In this document: positions 26,988 through 36,913 of the stretch, piece by piece
Layout: each line of letters begins with the position of its first letter
How positions within the stretch are numbered: position 1 is the stretch's first letter
Assembly (NCBI GenBank): GCA_015233675.1
Contig: JADFXH010000001.1
Span: forward strand, 209,138-273,137
Source: Candidatus Omnitrophota bacterium
Lineage (GTDB): Bacteria > Omnitrophota > Gorgyraeia > Zapsychrales > Fredricksoniimonadaceae
Reading direction: 5' to 3'
DNA: 64,000 nucleotides
Notes under the pieces: generated by a model
Databases searched by the model: none
Seen by the model: only the letters and a program-made list of their open reading frames with translations
Told to the model about the DNA's origin: nothing
Program-made: the position numbers and the translations under genes

Positions 26988-28835
26988 TTAAATATTCCTG
27001 ATGACGCTTTTAGGAGTAATAATGATGACCAATTCTGTCTTTTTGCTTGATTTAACTTTATACTCAAAGGCATTTCCTAAAAATGGTATTTTATCCAGGT
27101 AAGGAATCCCTTCGGTTGAATTATTCCTGATGGAGCTTATAAGTCCTCCCAAGATCAAGGTTTTTTCGGGCTCGACTCCAACATTCGTCGTAATGCTTTT
27201 CGTTGACACCTGCGGCTCCTGGATGGTCAACCCGTTACCCACCGCTACATTAGTCATAGAATCAAGGGTGTTTAGCGCCGCAGAAATATTCAACACGGTT
27301 TTATTTTCTTCGATCTTTGCTTCCAATCTCATTGTTAAACCATCCGACACTTGAGATGTCGTAACATTGGATTGCGTAATGTTATTCCCTATCGTCTGAC
27401 CTGTCCCGGAAATATAAGGGACACTGGTCACCTCCTGTATAACGCATGGGAACATGTTAGATACCGTAATCGATGGCCTGCTGACGACATTTACATCCCC
27501 CATTGAATCAAGCGCTTTAAGAACCATTGACACCCCGCCGTTGGTCGCCCCACTGGCAGAATCCGGACCGGCGGCTGATAAAGTCAGTAATTGTCCGCTT
27601 AAGAATCCGGCCGAAGAAAAGTTTGTTGCCGCCGTGATATTGTTGAGACCCTTGAGGCTTTTGGCTATGGTATTCCAATCAATTCCTGTTTCGTGGTTCC
27701 TTGATAAGGTCACTTCTATGATCTGGATCTCGAAGCTTTGCTGTCTGCCTAAATTCTCATTAATGGTTGAGACCAACTCCCCTACCTTATCCAGGACCGC
27801 GGGCTTATCAGTCACAACGATTGAGCCGCTGACCTTATTAAGAGAATAGCTGCCGGTATTGGGCGTTATTATTGATTTAACGTTGTTTTCTAAATCAGCC
27901 CATAAGGAAAGTTTGGGCGAGGTATTTTCGTAATAGATCTTTGTCCCTACCTTAATATCCTGGTTTTGCTGGTTATTTGTTGAAATGCTATTGTTATTAT
28001 TACTATCCACGAAGGATGCATTGGAGGTCTCATCAGTAAATGATTGGTCCACCGCCGGCATGTTTATATTAAAAATCCTGGTTTCTGTTTCTGTAATGAT
28101 TAAATCCTCCCGGGAGACTTTAAATCCATATCCAAACTTATATAAAAGACTTTTTAATGCCCTCCACACCTCAATATTTTCAAGGTTGATGGATGTTTTT
28201 TGAGAATCAATGTCCGGGGTTGTGATAATGTTGTATCGCGTAACCTGAGAAATTGTTGAAAGGTAAATTTTAAGCGGCAGGTCATTGCCTTTGAGGGTAA
28301 TCTTAAGGTTTAACTCCGGCGGCAAATCCGGGGACGATTTTCTACTAACCTGATCCTCCACATTTATTGCTTTCATTAACGCTGGTTTTGCTGTTTGTCT
28401 TATTGCCCCTTTCTTTTCAATGACGCTTTCGGACAGAATATCCATTTTGGCGGCTATTGTTTTATCTTCATTTTTGTCATCAGAAGCCGCTATCCTGTGT
28501 ATAATAAATTTGGTATAAAAATCATCATTAGCTACAAATCGCAGCACGTAACTTTCTCCGGAAATACCAGTTACTGTCATTTCAGCGGCTTCTAAATCCG
28601 TAGGCATTAATTCCAGCATATTCGGTTTATTGTTATTTCTTTGGACAACATAGGTGTCTGCTCCGAAACCTCTGATAACACCATTTATGGACTCGGGGAA
28701 AATGACGGTTGTGACATGATCTTTTTTAACATGCACGTATATTTCTTTACCGTCGTATACAAAATCTTTAATTTCGGCGCGCGCGATTGGTAAAATGCTT
28801 GAGCAAAAAATAATGCTTAATAATAGCTTTTTCAT
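26988..28835 (-). CDS. Outer-membrane secretin (MshL/PilN-like) with extra N-terminal domain
   Basis: NKVSGSIVVTDKP, IEVTLSRNHETGIDW, TLILGGLI...GIPYLDKIPFLGNAF...KTELVIIITP. Confidence 0.92.
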   Translation of the reverse strand: MKKLLLSIIFCSSILPIARAEIKDFVYDGKEIYVHVKKDHVTTVIFPESINGVIRGFGADTYVVQRNNNKPNMLELMPTDLEAAEMTVTGISGESYVLRFVANDDFYTKFIIHRIAASDDKNEDKTIAAKMDILSESVIEKKGAIRQTAKPALMKAINVEDQVSRKSSPDLPPELNLKITLKGNDLPLKIYLSTISQVTRYNIITTPDIDSQKTSINLENIEVWRALKSLLYKFGYGFKVSREDLIITETETRIFNINMPAVDQSFTDETSNASFVDSNNNNSISTNNQQNQDIKVGTKIYYENTSPKLSLWADLENNVKSIITPNTGSYSLNKVSGSIVVTDKPAVLDKVGELVSTINENLGRQQSFEIQIIEVTLSRNHETGIDWNTIAKSLKGLNNITAATNFSSAGFLSGQLLTLSAAGPDSASGATNGGVSMVLKALDSMGDVNVVSRPSITVSNMFPCVIQEVTSVPYISGTGQTIGNNITQSNVTTSQVSDGLTMRLEAKIEENKTVLNISAALNTLDSMTNVAVGNGLTIQEPQVSTKSITTNVGVEPEKTLILGGLISSIRNNSTEGIPYLDKIPFLGNAFEYKVKSSKKTELVIIITPKSVIRNI

Positions 28836-28876
28836 AATTTACCTCGTAAAATTAATTTGAGATTTGAAACATTAAT

Positions 28877-28905
28877 AGTATCGCATAATTTTGATTATTT
28901 GTCAA
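28877..28905 (-). promoter_or_regulatory. Candidate promoter of the pilus operon
   Basis: TTGACA-17-GATACT with TG extension. Confidence 0.45.
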
Positions 28906-29058
28906 TATTTCTAGCAAATTAAACAATAATCATAACTTATTAATTACCAATATATTGCATGATTATTACAAATAAAAATAAAAAATAAATTTAATTGTTT
29001 GACGAAATAACAATATTTCTCACAACAACACGCTACCTCTATTTATCTCAAAGCATGC

Positions 29059-29087
29059 TTGACTGGTCAAAAAAAGCCAAATATACT
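29059..29087 (+). promoter_or_regulatory. Candidate promoter of the divergent pilin
   Basis: TTGACT-17-TATACT. Confidence 0.55.
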
Positions 29088-29126
29088 ATCGAATAGGATG
29101 GATGAAACTAAAATCCGGAAGGGTTT

Positions 29127-29718
29127 TTGACAAATCGACAAATGAATATAAAATTACGGAAAGCTCGCCAACATAACAATGGCTTCACGCTTTTAGAAAT
29201 TATCGTCGTTTTGATCATTATTGGCATATTAGTCGCCATTGCCGTGCCTAATATCTATGGCTGGATTGACCGTTCGGCCGCATCAGAGGGAAACTCTTCT
29301 TTGAGGCTCCTTTCTGATCAGATGGATGCATGCATGCTTACAACAAAGACTGTTGATCAATGCGCACAAAATCTTACTGCGGGAGGGACTGGTTTAGGGC
29401 CAAATGTTACTGTAGAAACTCAAGTTAGAGGAGGGAACTATACTATAGCCCAGTATGGGGGGCACTGATCTTTCAAATAAATTTAAATATATTATCTATT
29501 CTTATACTAATAATAATACTCATGTAAGTCAATATGCTACACTTGCATTCTGGGACCTTGATGCTAACCCTCGACAAAATCTTTCAGACACGACGATCAA
29601 TTGTATAAATAGCGTAACAATAACAATGACCAACCAGTATGGGATGTTAGGAACGTGCAGCACATCGGTCGGAAAACGCATTCAAGCTGGCGATGGCATT
29701 TTCGCAGGGCTGTCTTAA
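29127..29718 (+). pseudogene. Type IV pilin split by a frameshift at a G6 tract
   Basis: NGFTLLEIIVVLIIIGILVAIAVP in ORF 29127-29468; ORF 29455-29718 continues in the +1 frame; removing one G of 29457-29462 fuses them. Confidence 0.75.
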
Positions 29719-29741
29719 AATGTTGGATATTACCGCTGTTT

Positions 29742-31031
29742 TTATAATTTAACAACCCTTTTGTCCGTCTTGTCCTTATACACATTACGCGTATCAAAAA
29801 TCAACCGTGCGTTTTTATATATTAATTCATAATTGACCGCCGTGTGGTCCACCGCCACTATCACCACATCATACCCTTTAAGGTTTGCCGGCGTTAAATC
29901 AATAGATTTCAGGTCCAATCCGTCTAATTTAAGGAATGGGATGATAGGATCATAATAATCCGCTTTGATCTGTTTTCTTAAAAGATCCAGGAGCCGTATT
30001 GCCGGCGATTTTCTAAGGTCTTTGACGTCTTTCTTATAAGTCACACCCAAGACCAGCGCCTTGGCATTCTTAAAAGATTTCCCTAACATTTCCTGCAGAC
30101 GAATGACCGCATAAGCAGGCATGTTATGGTTCGTATCCGCCGCTAATTTAATGAATTTGCAGCTAAAATCGTAATGTTTGGCTTTCCAGTATAAATACAG
30201 AGGATCTTCGGGAATACAATGCCCGCCGACTCCCAGCCCCGGATAAAACGGCATGAAACCAAATGGTTTTGTCTTGGCCGCGCCAATGACTTCCCAAACA
30301 TCGATATTTAACGCATGGCACATTTGCGCGATTTCATTGATCCATCCAATATTAACGATACGAAAAGAATTCTCCAAAAGCTTGGTCATTTCCGCGGATT
30401 TGCAGGAAGACACCTGATGCACATGCTTGATGATCTGACTGTAAAGCAGCCCGGTCAAAGAGGTGCACGCCGCAGTCAATCCCCCGACAACTTTGGGGAT
30501 TTTGGTAACCTCAAAATCTTTATTGCCCGGATCAATGCGCTCAGGGGAAAACGCGACGTAAAAATCTTTGCCTGCTTTTAAACCGCTTTTTTCGAGCTCC
30601 GGCTTGATAAGCTCTTCTGTCGTGCCGGGATAGGTGGTGCTCTCTAAAACAACCAGCATGTCCTTATGTAAATGTTTGGCCACACTTCTAACGGCACTGA
30701 CAATATATGAAATATCCGGAGTATATTTACGTTTAAGCGGCGTCGGAACGCAAATAATAACAACATCAACTTGATTTAATAAATCAAAATCTGTAGAAAC
30801 ATCAAAAACTTTCCTGCGGATTACTTTAGCAATAAGAGAAGACGGCACATCGGTAATATAACTTTTCATGCTCCTAATACGCTCTATCCTGTGGGCATCG
30901 GTATCAATCCCTGATACTTTAAATCCTTTTTCGGCAAATGCCAGCGCCAACGGCAAGCCGACATATCCCAAACCGATCACCGCAATGCGGGCCTGTTTCT
31001 TATTGATCTTATTCTTCAATTTAATAGACAT
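29742..31031 (-). CDS. Nucleotide-sugar dehydrogenase (UDP-GlcNAc 6-dehydrogenase type)
   Basis: GLGYVGLP, ICVPTP, ESTTYPGTT, FSPERIDPG, GGHCIP, TYKKDVKDLR. Confidence 0.95.
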   Translation of the reverse strand: MSIKLKNKINKKQARIAVIGLGYVGLPLALAFAEKGFKVSGIDTDAHRIERIRSMKSYITDVPSSLIAKVIRRKVFDVSTDFDLLNQVDVVIICVPTPLKRKYTPDISYIVSAVRSVAKHLHKDMLVVLESTTYPGTTEELIKPELEKSGLKAGKDFYVAFSPERIDPGNKDFEVTKIPKVVGGLTAACTSLTGLLYSQIIKHVHQVSSCKSAEMTKLLENSFRIVNIGWINEIAQMCHALNIDVWEVIGAAKTKPFGFMPFYPGLGVGGHCIPEDPLYLYWKAKHYDFSCKFIKLAADTNHNMPAYAVIRLQEMLGKSFKNAKALVLGVTYKKDVKDLRKSPAIRLLDLLRKQIKADYYDPIIPFLKLDGLDLKSIDLTPANLKGYDVVIVAVDHTAVNYELIYKNARLIFDTRNVYKDKTDKRVVKL

Positions 31032-31121
31032 ACCGTTTTCTCCTCAGACTTTTTACTTTAAACATTGTTTATGAACACAGCACAAATTTGCATATCATAA
31101 CAGTTAAACTTCAAATTTACA

Positions 31122-31823
31122 TCACGCATAATGCTTAAGCACTAAATTCCCTATGACCCTGACAGCTTCTTGAGGGCCCACGCTATCAACATTAATGATA
31201 AGATCGTAAAGTAAGGGGTCTGAAATATTTCTCTCAAAATATTTTTTAACATAACTACTTCTGTTGTGATCTTTCTTAATGACATACTCTTCGGCTTCTT
31301 TCTTGCTAACCTTTAAGTACTCCTGCATATGACTGATGCGCTTATCCAGCGAACTGATCAGACGGACATGCACTCCTCTGGGAACTTTAGCAGTGATTAT
31401 ACCGGCCCCCCAGTCAACTATGATGGAATAACCTAATTGGGCCAGGTGGAGAATCGTTTTGCTTGTTTCATGAACCAGTAAATGCCGCGAAGGATGCAAG
31501 CCGCAAATCTCTTCCATCATATCTTCAATTTCTGAAATTGTCGACTCTGATAAATAGGGAAGAACTGTCTCCGGCAAATCGTGCTCTTCAACAACCTTTT
31601 TTAAAAGCTCATTATCAAACACCGTCCATGGACACTCTTTCCGCCTTTCATGTTTTTGTAAATATTCACCTAAGCCCTTGGCAATGGTCAGGCCGTATGC
31701 CCCTGTCTCACGAGAAATAGTCACAAACGGCCTGCTTGTCTTGCGAGATTTCTCCGAGTCAGCTTTTAAAGATTTAAATTGGGAATTAATATAAGCAGAA
31801 TAAACGCCATTATGTTCTGTCAT
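31122..31823 (-). CDS. Cytidylate kinase-like family protein
   Basis: VTISRETGAYG, HVRL, DPLLYDLIIN. Confidence 0.88.
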   Translation of the reverse strand: MTEHNGVYSAYINSQFKSLKADSEKSRKTSRPFVTISRETGAYGLTIAKGLGEYLQKHERRKECPWTVFDNELLKKVVEEHDLPETVLPYLSESTISEIEDMMEEICGLHPSRHLLVHETSKTILHLAQLGYSIIVDWGAGIITAKVPRGVHVRLISSLDKRISHMQEYLKVSKKEAEEYVIKKDHNRSSYVKKYFERNISDPLLYDLIINVDSVGPQEAVRVIGNLVLKHYA

Positions 31824-31898
31824 AGTTTTTTTAGTTTAACATACAAAAAAAAACTCTGCAACTTATTCAAGCCTGATTCAAAAACCTTACGGGTGCGT

Positions 31899-33482
31899 TT
31901 AAACCTCGGTTACGACAACCGCTTCCTTCGGAGATTTGATGACAGGAAAAAGCATGACCAGCGGCAGAAGTACTATAAACATAATCATAAGTACGATAGA
32001 AGTATCGTTATAGGCCATCATATCTGCCTGCCTGTTGACCATATGCTGGACCAAGGCCAGCATTTTTGGTTTTACGTCAACGCCGGCAACTCCTTGACGG
32101 ACAAAAAGCGCCTGAGCCTGATGATAAAATACCGTAAAATTCTTATTTAACAGGCTTATATGTTCTACTAAACATGCATGATGAACTTGTGACTGCCTCT
32201 CAATAACGGTCACGATCAGGGCATAACCAACATTCCCCCCTACCTGCTGGAACAAATTATAAATTCCTGAGGCTGAAGTCATCTCCTCCTTGGAGATCGA
32301 TGAAACAGCCACCGTTGTCAGGGTCACAAACATGAACGGCATGCCTAATCCCATCAAAATCAGGATTGGAATGATGCTCATGTCCGACGCACTTAAAGAC
32401 AAATGCGCCAGCTGCCAATAGGACAGGCTCACGACCACGATCCCCGTCACCATCATGGCCCTTGAATCTATAAAATTAAAAATCCTTCCTACCAGCGGAA
32501 GGACAAAAAACAGGGTCACGGCACGCGGCATCAGGATCAAGCCTGCTTGGAATGCCGGATAACCTAATAACTGCTGGGTAAATTGCGGTAAAATAAACGT
32601 CGTTCCGTACAGAGCAATCCCAAAGACCAATACAATAATAACACCCATCCTCAGCTGGATATTCTTTAACAGACGGAAATTCACCACAGGTTCGCTTTGT
32701 AAAAGTTCCCAAACCACCAAGGTCACCAATGACACAACCGTAACAATACTGAAAATTATGATCATCGGGGAGTCAAACCAGCTTTCCTGCTGGCCGCGCT
32801 CAAGGACCGTCTGTAAACCGGTCAGCCCCAAAGTTAAAAGAACGATACCCCCCCAGTCAATTTTCTTTATCCCCCGGCGAAGATACGCAGGGTCATGCAC
32901 ATAAAGCCATACCAAGAACATCCCCAATAAACTCACCGGTATATTGATATAAAAAATCCAAGGCCAGCCGTAATTGTCCGTCAGCCATCCACCTAACACC
33001 GGACCAAAAGCAGGGGCCAGCACAACCCCCATGGAAAAAATAGCCATCGCCATTCCCTGCTCTTTCTTGGGAAAACTCTCCCGCAAAATCGCTTGCGAAA
33101 TAGGTATTAAACTCCCTCCCCCGATACCTTGGATAATCCGATAAATAAGCATCGAGGTGAAATTGTGCGCTGTCGCGGCAAGGATGGAGCCAAATGTAAA
33201 AATAGCAAAGGAGGCTAGATAAAAATTCTTGCGGCCCACCAGAGTCACCCACCAGCCGGACATTGTCAACATGATGACGGCCGCGATACTGTAGGCTGTG
33301 GCCACCCATGTGATGGCCGAAAGGGTCTGGCCAAAATTGCCCATCATATACGGCAATGCAACATTAACCACGCTAATGTCCATGACCGCCATAAACGCGC
33401 CAAACATGACAGCCGTGGCAACCAGCCATTTACTGACACCATTAGCTGTTTCTTCTTGTATGGGGGATGAGGATTGGGCCAT
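31899..33482 (-). CDS. emrB: DHA2 MFS efflux permease (EmrB-like)
   Basis: MDISVVNVALP, WVATAY, GPVLGGWLTDNYGWPWIFYINIP; multiple TM segments. Confidence 0.93.
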   Translation of the reverse strand: MAQSSSPIQEETANGVSKWLVATAVMFGAFMAVMDISVVNVALPYMMGNFGQTLSAITWVATAYSIAAVIMLTMSGWWVTLVGRKNFYLASFAIFTFGSILAATAHNFTSMLIYRIIQGIGGGSLIPISQAILRESFPKKEQGMAMAIFSMGVVLAPAFGPVLGGWLTDNYGWPWIFYINIPVSLLGMFLVWLYVHDPAYLRRGIKKIDWGGIVLLTLGLTGLQTVLERGQQESWFDSPMIIIFSIVTVVSLVTLVVWELLQSEPVVNFRLLKNIQLRMGVIIVLVFGIALYGTTFILPQFTQQLLGYPAFQAGLILMPRAVTLFFVLPLVGRIFNFIDSRAMMVTGIVVVSLSYWQLAHLSLSASDMSIIPILILMGLGMPFMFVTLTTVAVSSISKEEMTSASGIYNLFQQVGGNVGYALIVTVIERQSQVHHACLVEHISLLNKNFTVFYHQAQALFVRQGVAGVDVKPKMLALVQHMVNRQADMMAYNDTSIVLMIMFIVLLPLVMLFPVIKSPKEAVVVTEV

Positions 33483-33493
33483 CGGACATTCCC

Positions 33494-34366
33494 TTATTTC
33501 AATTTAACGTCCGGCACAACGGACATGCCTAAAGACAAGGAATCATCATTCTGTGAAGAATCGATAAGAATTTTAACCGGCACTCTCTGGACCACTTTAA
33601 CATAATTGCCTGTGGCATTCTCTGCCGGGAGCAAACTAAACCTGGCCCCGGTCCCCCGCTGAATACTATCCACGTGTCCGTAAAATTCCTTCTGCGGATA
33701 AGCATCAACATGAATGGAAACCTTCTGTCCGGGCTGCATATGGGTAAGCTGTGTTTCCTTAAAGTTTGCGATCACCCAACGTTCCGGAGGGACGATGGCA
33801 AGCAAGGCTTGACTTGCCTGTACAAAATCTCCCTCTTCGACGGATTTACGCGTCACACGCCCCCGGGTAATGGCCATGATCTTAGTATAGGAAAGATTTA
33901 ACTGGGCCTGTTTGACCTTGGCTTTAGTGATATCCAAATTGGCCATGGCTGTGTCTGCCCGGAGAAGGGCCCGGTCTAATTGCTGTTTTGAAATATCCCC
34001 TGAAGAAAAAAGCTTGCTATAACGCTCTAAATCCTCCTTCGACTGTTTCAATTCCGCCTGGGCTTCGGCCATTTCCGCCGTTGCCAAATCGAGGGACACA
34101 GCATAATCCCTTTCATCAATTTGCACAAGAAGGTCCCCTTGATGGACAATCTGATTGTCTTGTATATAAACTTTGACGATATGCCCGGATACTTGAGGGC
34201 TTACCATGATCACGTGCCCTTCAATAAAAGCATCGTCGGTAGATTCATGAGGAAAAAAATAATTGTACCCAACAAACAACAAGACTAAAACTGCTGCCCC
34301 TGCAATGATAACAGTAATGGTCTTTTGCCGATTCTGCCCATTGAACCTTTTTAATATCCTCTCCAT
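33494..34366 (-). CDS. emrA: HlyD/EmrA membrane fusion protein
   Basis: STDDAF, ANFKETQL, TGARFSLLPAENATGNYVKVVQRVPVKI. Confidence 0.94.
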   Translation of the reverse strand: MERILKRFNGQNRQKTITVIIAGAAVLVLLFVGYNYFFPHESTDDAFIEGHVIMVSPQVSGHIVKVYIQDNQIVHQGDLLVQIDERDYAVSLDLATAEMAEAQAELKQSKEDLERYSKLFSSGDISKQQLDRALLRADTAMANLDITKAKVKQAQLNLSYTKIMAITRGRVTRKSVEEGDFVQASQALLAIVPPERWVIANFKETQLTHMQPGQKVSIHVDAYPQKEFYGHVDSIQRGTGARFSLLPAENATGNYVKVVQRVPVKILIDSSQNDDSLSLGMSVVPDVKLK

Positions 34367-34389
34367 AACCTATCCCCCGCTTTTAACAA

Positions 34390-35766
34390 TCATAAATGAA
34401 AACTTTCAATACTACCTATGGCCGAATAATAATTCATTCGCGCAATATGATATTGTGTCAAGGCTGCCGTATAAGATTCACGGGCCTCGGCTAATTTCGT
34501 TTGAGCTGTTATGACCTCTAAATTATTGCTTAAACCGGAAGCAAACTGATTGCGGGCCAGCGACACTTCCTCGGCTGCTAAAATCACTGTCTGCTCTGCC
34601 GCCAGCACCTGTTGTTTGCTGCTAGTCAGCGTCTTTAAAGCCAAGCGCACATCTTCCTCAACCTGAATTTGAGTGTCATCCCGGATCATTTCATTTTCCT
34701 GTTTCTTGCCGGCAGCCTCTTTGACTTCTCCGATAATGCGGCCGCCATCGAATACAGGCCATTTAACCTGCAGCCCTATCTCGCTGACCTCGCTTGTCTT
34801 CTTTGAAATATCTGTCCCCGCGCGGCCGATATCTCCCATTAATGCTACTTGCGGGAAATTTTGGTTTCTTGCCTCCTGAAGTTTGTACTTGGCATATTGC
34901 ACTTCCTGCCCGGTGATTTTAATTTCTATACGCTGGGCCTCAGCCGTGTCAATGGCATCTTCCAATGATAAAGCCGTTTCTTCAAAAAATTTCAGCGTAT
35001 CCGTAAGCTCCAGAGGATTTCCTAACGGAAAACTTGTAATACGTTTTAGCTGAAGATCCGCCCTGTCTAAATCTAACAGACCTTCCTGATACAGGAATTC
35101 TTCCTGGGCCAAACGGGTTTTAGCGCGTGTCACATCAATCCTGGCAGCAATCCCATCATCAAATTGGTGCTGGGCCAATGTCAAAATCTGTTGAGCCAAA
35201 GCTTTATCTTTTTCTATAGCTTTAAGACGTTCCTGCGCATTTAATACTGCCAAATAAGTCATAGCGGCCGTGAGGGTCACTTGCTGACGGGCTAAATCCT
35301 GCTCAAAATCAGCTATTCTTAGCTCGACACTGCCTGCCTGATGACGCGAAAGCGCGCTTAAATCAAAAACCCGCTGTACCAGCTGGGCCCTGGCATCAAA
35401 AGTTTTCAATGGCCCAAGGTTCCCCCCTCCGGGGAATCCCAATGAATCCAGATTTTCCCTAAAAACTTTCATTTGAGCGCCACCCAAGGATAGATTGGGT
35501 AAAAGCTGTGCGTCTGCTTGCTGTTTGCGGCCAGCGGCTTGACGTACTTGCTGACAAGCAACTCTTATGAGTAAGCTATTTTCCTGGGCCCTGGCCAAAA
35601 CTTGCGATAAATTTAGCTTAAAAGAGGATACAGCGTTCGAAATAATTTCAGAGCTAAAAGCTGATGGCCCATAACAGCTGGCCAGCAGGAATATAAAAAC
35701 AAAAAGAGAACTCCCTGCTTTGTTGTTATTTATTGTGTTTCGTTTTTTTGGATCCAAGTTTTTCAT
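34390..35766 (-). CDS. TolC-family outer membrane efflux protein
   Basis: Two OEP repeats (LLPNLSL, WPVFDGG, FASGLSNNLEV). Confidence 0.92.
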   Translation of the reverse strand: MKNLDPKKRNTINNNKAGSSLFVFIFLLASCYGPSAFSSEIISNAVSSFKLNLSQVLARAQENSLLIRVACQQVRQAAGRKQQADAQLLPNLSLGGAQMKVFRENLDSLGFPGGGNLGPLKTFDARAQLVQRVFDLSALSRHQAGSVELRIADFEQDLARQQVTLTAAMTYLAVLNAQERLKAIEKDKALAQQILTLAQHQFDDGIAARIDVTRAKTRLAQEEFLYQEGLLDLDRADLQLKRITSFPLGNPLELTDTLKFFEETALSLEDAIDTAEAQRIEIKITGQEVQYAKYKLQEARNQNFPQVALMGDIGRAGTDISKKTSEVSEIGLQVKWPVFDGGRIIGEVKEAAGKKQENEMIRDDTQIQVEEDVRLALKTLTSSKQQVLAAEQTVILAAEEVSLARNQFASGLSNNLEVITAQTKLAEARESYTAALTQYHIARMNYYSAIGSIESFHL

Positions 35767-36301
35767 TTTCTGACTTCTTTAATTTATCGTTAATACTGGA
35801 ACGCATCTTCACTAATAACCCATTCAATTGCTGTTTTTCTTGATCTGACAAATTCAGAAACAACCCTGCGGCATATTCATAATACTTAGGCAAAAAAGAC
35901 CCGACTAATTCCTCTCCCTTTTTGGAAATCCTGGCTATGCAAATACGCCTGTCATTCTCGTCGTAAACCCTTTCGACTAACCCTTGACGGATAAGCCCAT
36001 CGATCAAACCGGTAATATTGGCCCTGCTGACCAATAATAATTTGCTGATCTCATGGTGCTTACATCCCTTTTTCCCTTCACTGTGATTTAAAATAGACAA
36101 TACATTCAAAGCCGCCCGGGACAGGCCGTATTCACGCGTTTTTTGGGAAAGCACAGAATCCAATAGGTTATGCGTAAAAGTTAAATTCAGCAAAACTTCC
36201 ATTGCATTCCAGTCAAAATGCTTATGGCTTTCCCCGAAAGCACGGATCCTTTGCCAATAGTAGCCAATCTTCTTATCAAGTTCTTCTTGAGCATCCTTCA
36301 T
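35726..36301 (-). CDS. MarR-family regulator
   Basis: LLVSRANITGLIDGLIRQGLVER..DENDRR; heads the efflux operon. Confidence 0.93.
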   Translation of the reverse strand: MKDAQEELDKKIGYYWQRIRAFGESHKHFDWNAMEVLLNLTFTHNLLDSVLSQKTREYGLSRAALNVLSILNHSEGKKGCKHHEISKLLLVSRANITGLIDGLIRQGLVERVYDENDRRICIARISKKGEELVGSFLPKYYEYAAGLFLNLSDQEKQQLNGLLVKMRSSINDKLKKSENEKLGSKKTKHNK

Positions 36302-36398
36302 TTTCGCCTCCTACCATAAAATATAAAACAAACGGCCCCACTTTGTCAATATATTAATCATTAATTCATTAACATTATTTATTCGGAAAAATCATCTG

Positions 36399-36426
36399 TT
36401 GACAGATAATCCAATAGCAGTATAAT
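36399..36426 (+). promoter_or_regulatory. Consensus sigma70 promoter
   Basis: TTGACA-16-TATAAT upstream of the 36465 CDS. Confidence 0.65.
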
Positions 36427-36464
36427 AAAAAAATTATCGACGAGGAAAATGAGAGTATTTAACT

Positions 36465-36911
36465 ATGGTCATGACTAACGCCCAACTAACGCAGATTATG
36501 CAGTCTTCCGTAGCTCCGTGTGTGCTTATTTCAGGAGCTGGCCTGCTGTTGCTGGTATTAGCCGGCCGTTTGGCCAGACCAATTGACAGGGTCAGGCATT
36601 TATGTGATTTGGTTAAAAAACATCCGGGGCCGGAGGGAGAAAGTTACCGCCAACAAATCGATATATTTTACAAGCGCTGCCATCTGCTGCGCAATTCCGT
36701 GGCCACAAATGTCATATGCTTAAGCGCCATTGCTACCGTAATATTATTATTATTTTTAAGTAATTTATTTAATGTGTCTTTAATTACGCCGATCACCGTT
36801 TGCTTTATCGTCGGAGTATTGGCCCTGATTTTATCCCTGCTGTTTTTCCTAAACGACCTTTTTATGACCCTTAAATCCCTGGAAATTGAAATCAGAGATT
36901 CATGCAATTAA
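36465..36911 (+). CDS. DUF2721 membrane protein
   Basis: SVAPCVLISGAGLLLLVLAGRLARPIDRVR; three TM segments. Confidence 0.85.
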   Translation: MVMTNAQLTQIMQSSVAPCVLISGAGLLLLVLAGRLARPIDRVRHLCDLVKKHPGPEGESYRQQIDIFYKRCHLLRNSVATNVICLSAIATVILLLFLSNLFNVSLITPITVCFIVGVLALILSLLFFLNDLFMTLKSLEIEIRDSCN

Positions 36912-36913
36912 AT

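Noticed and set aside
19683-29718. Complete ICE/conjugative element or shufflon
   Set aside because: No integrase, relaxase, coupling protein, VirB4, att repeats, Rci recombinase or sfx-like repeats were seen around the pilus operon.
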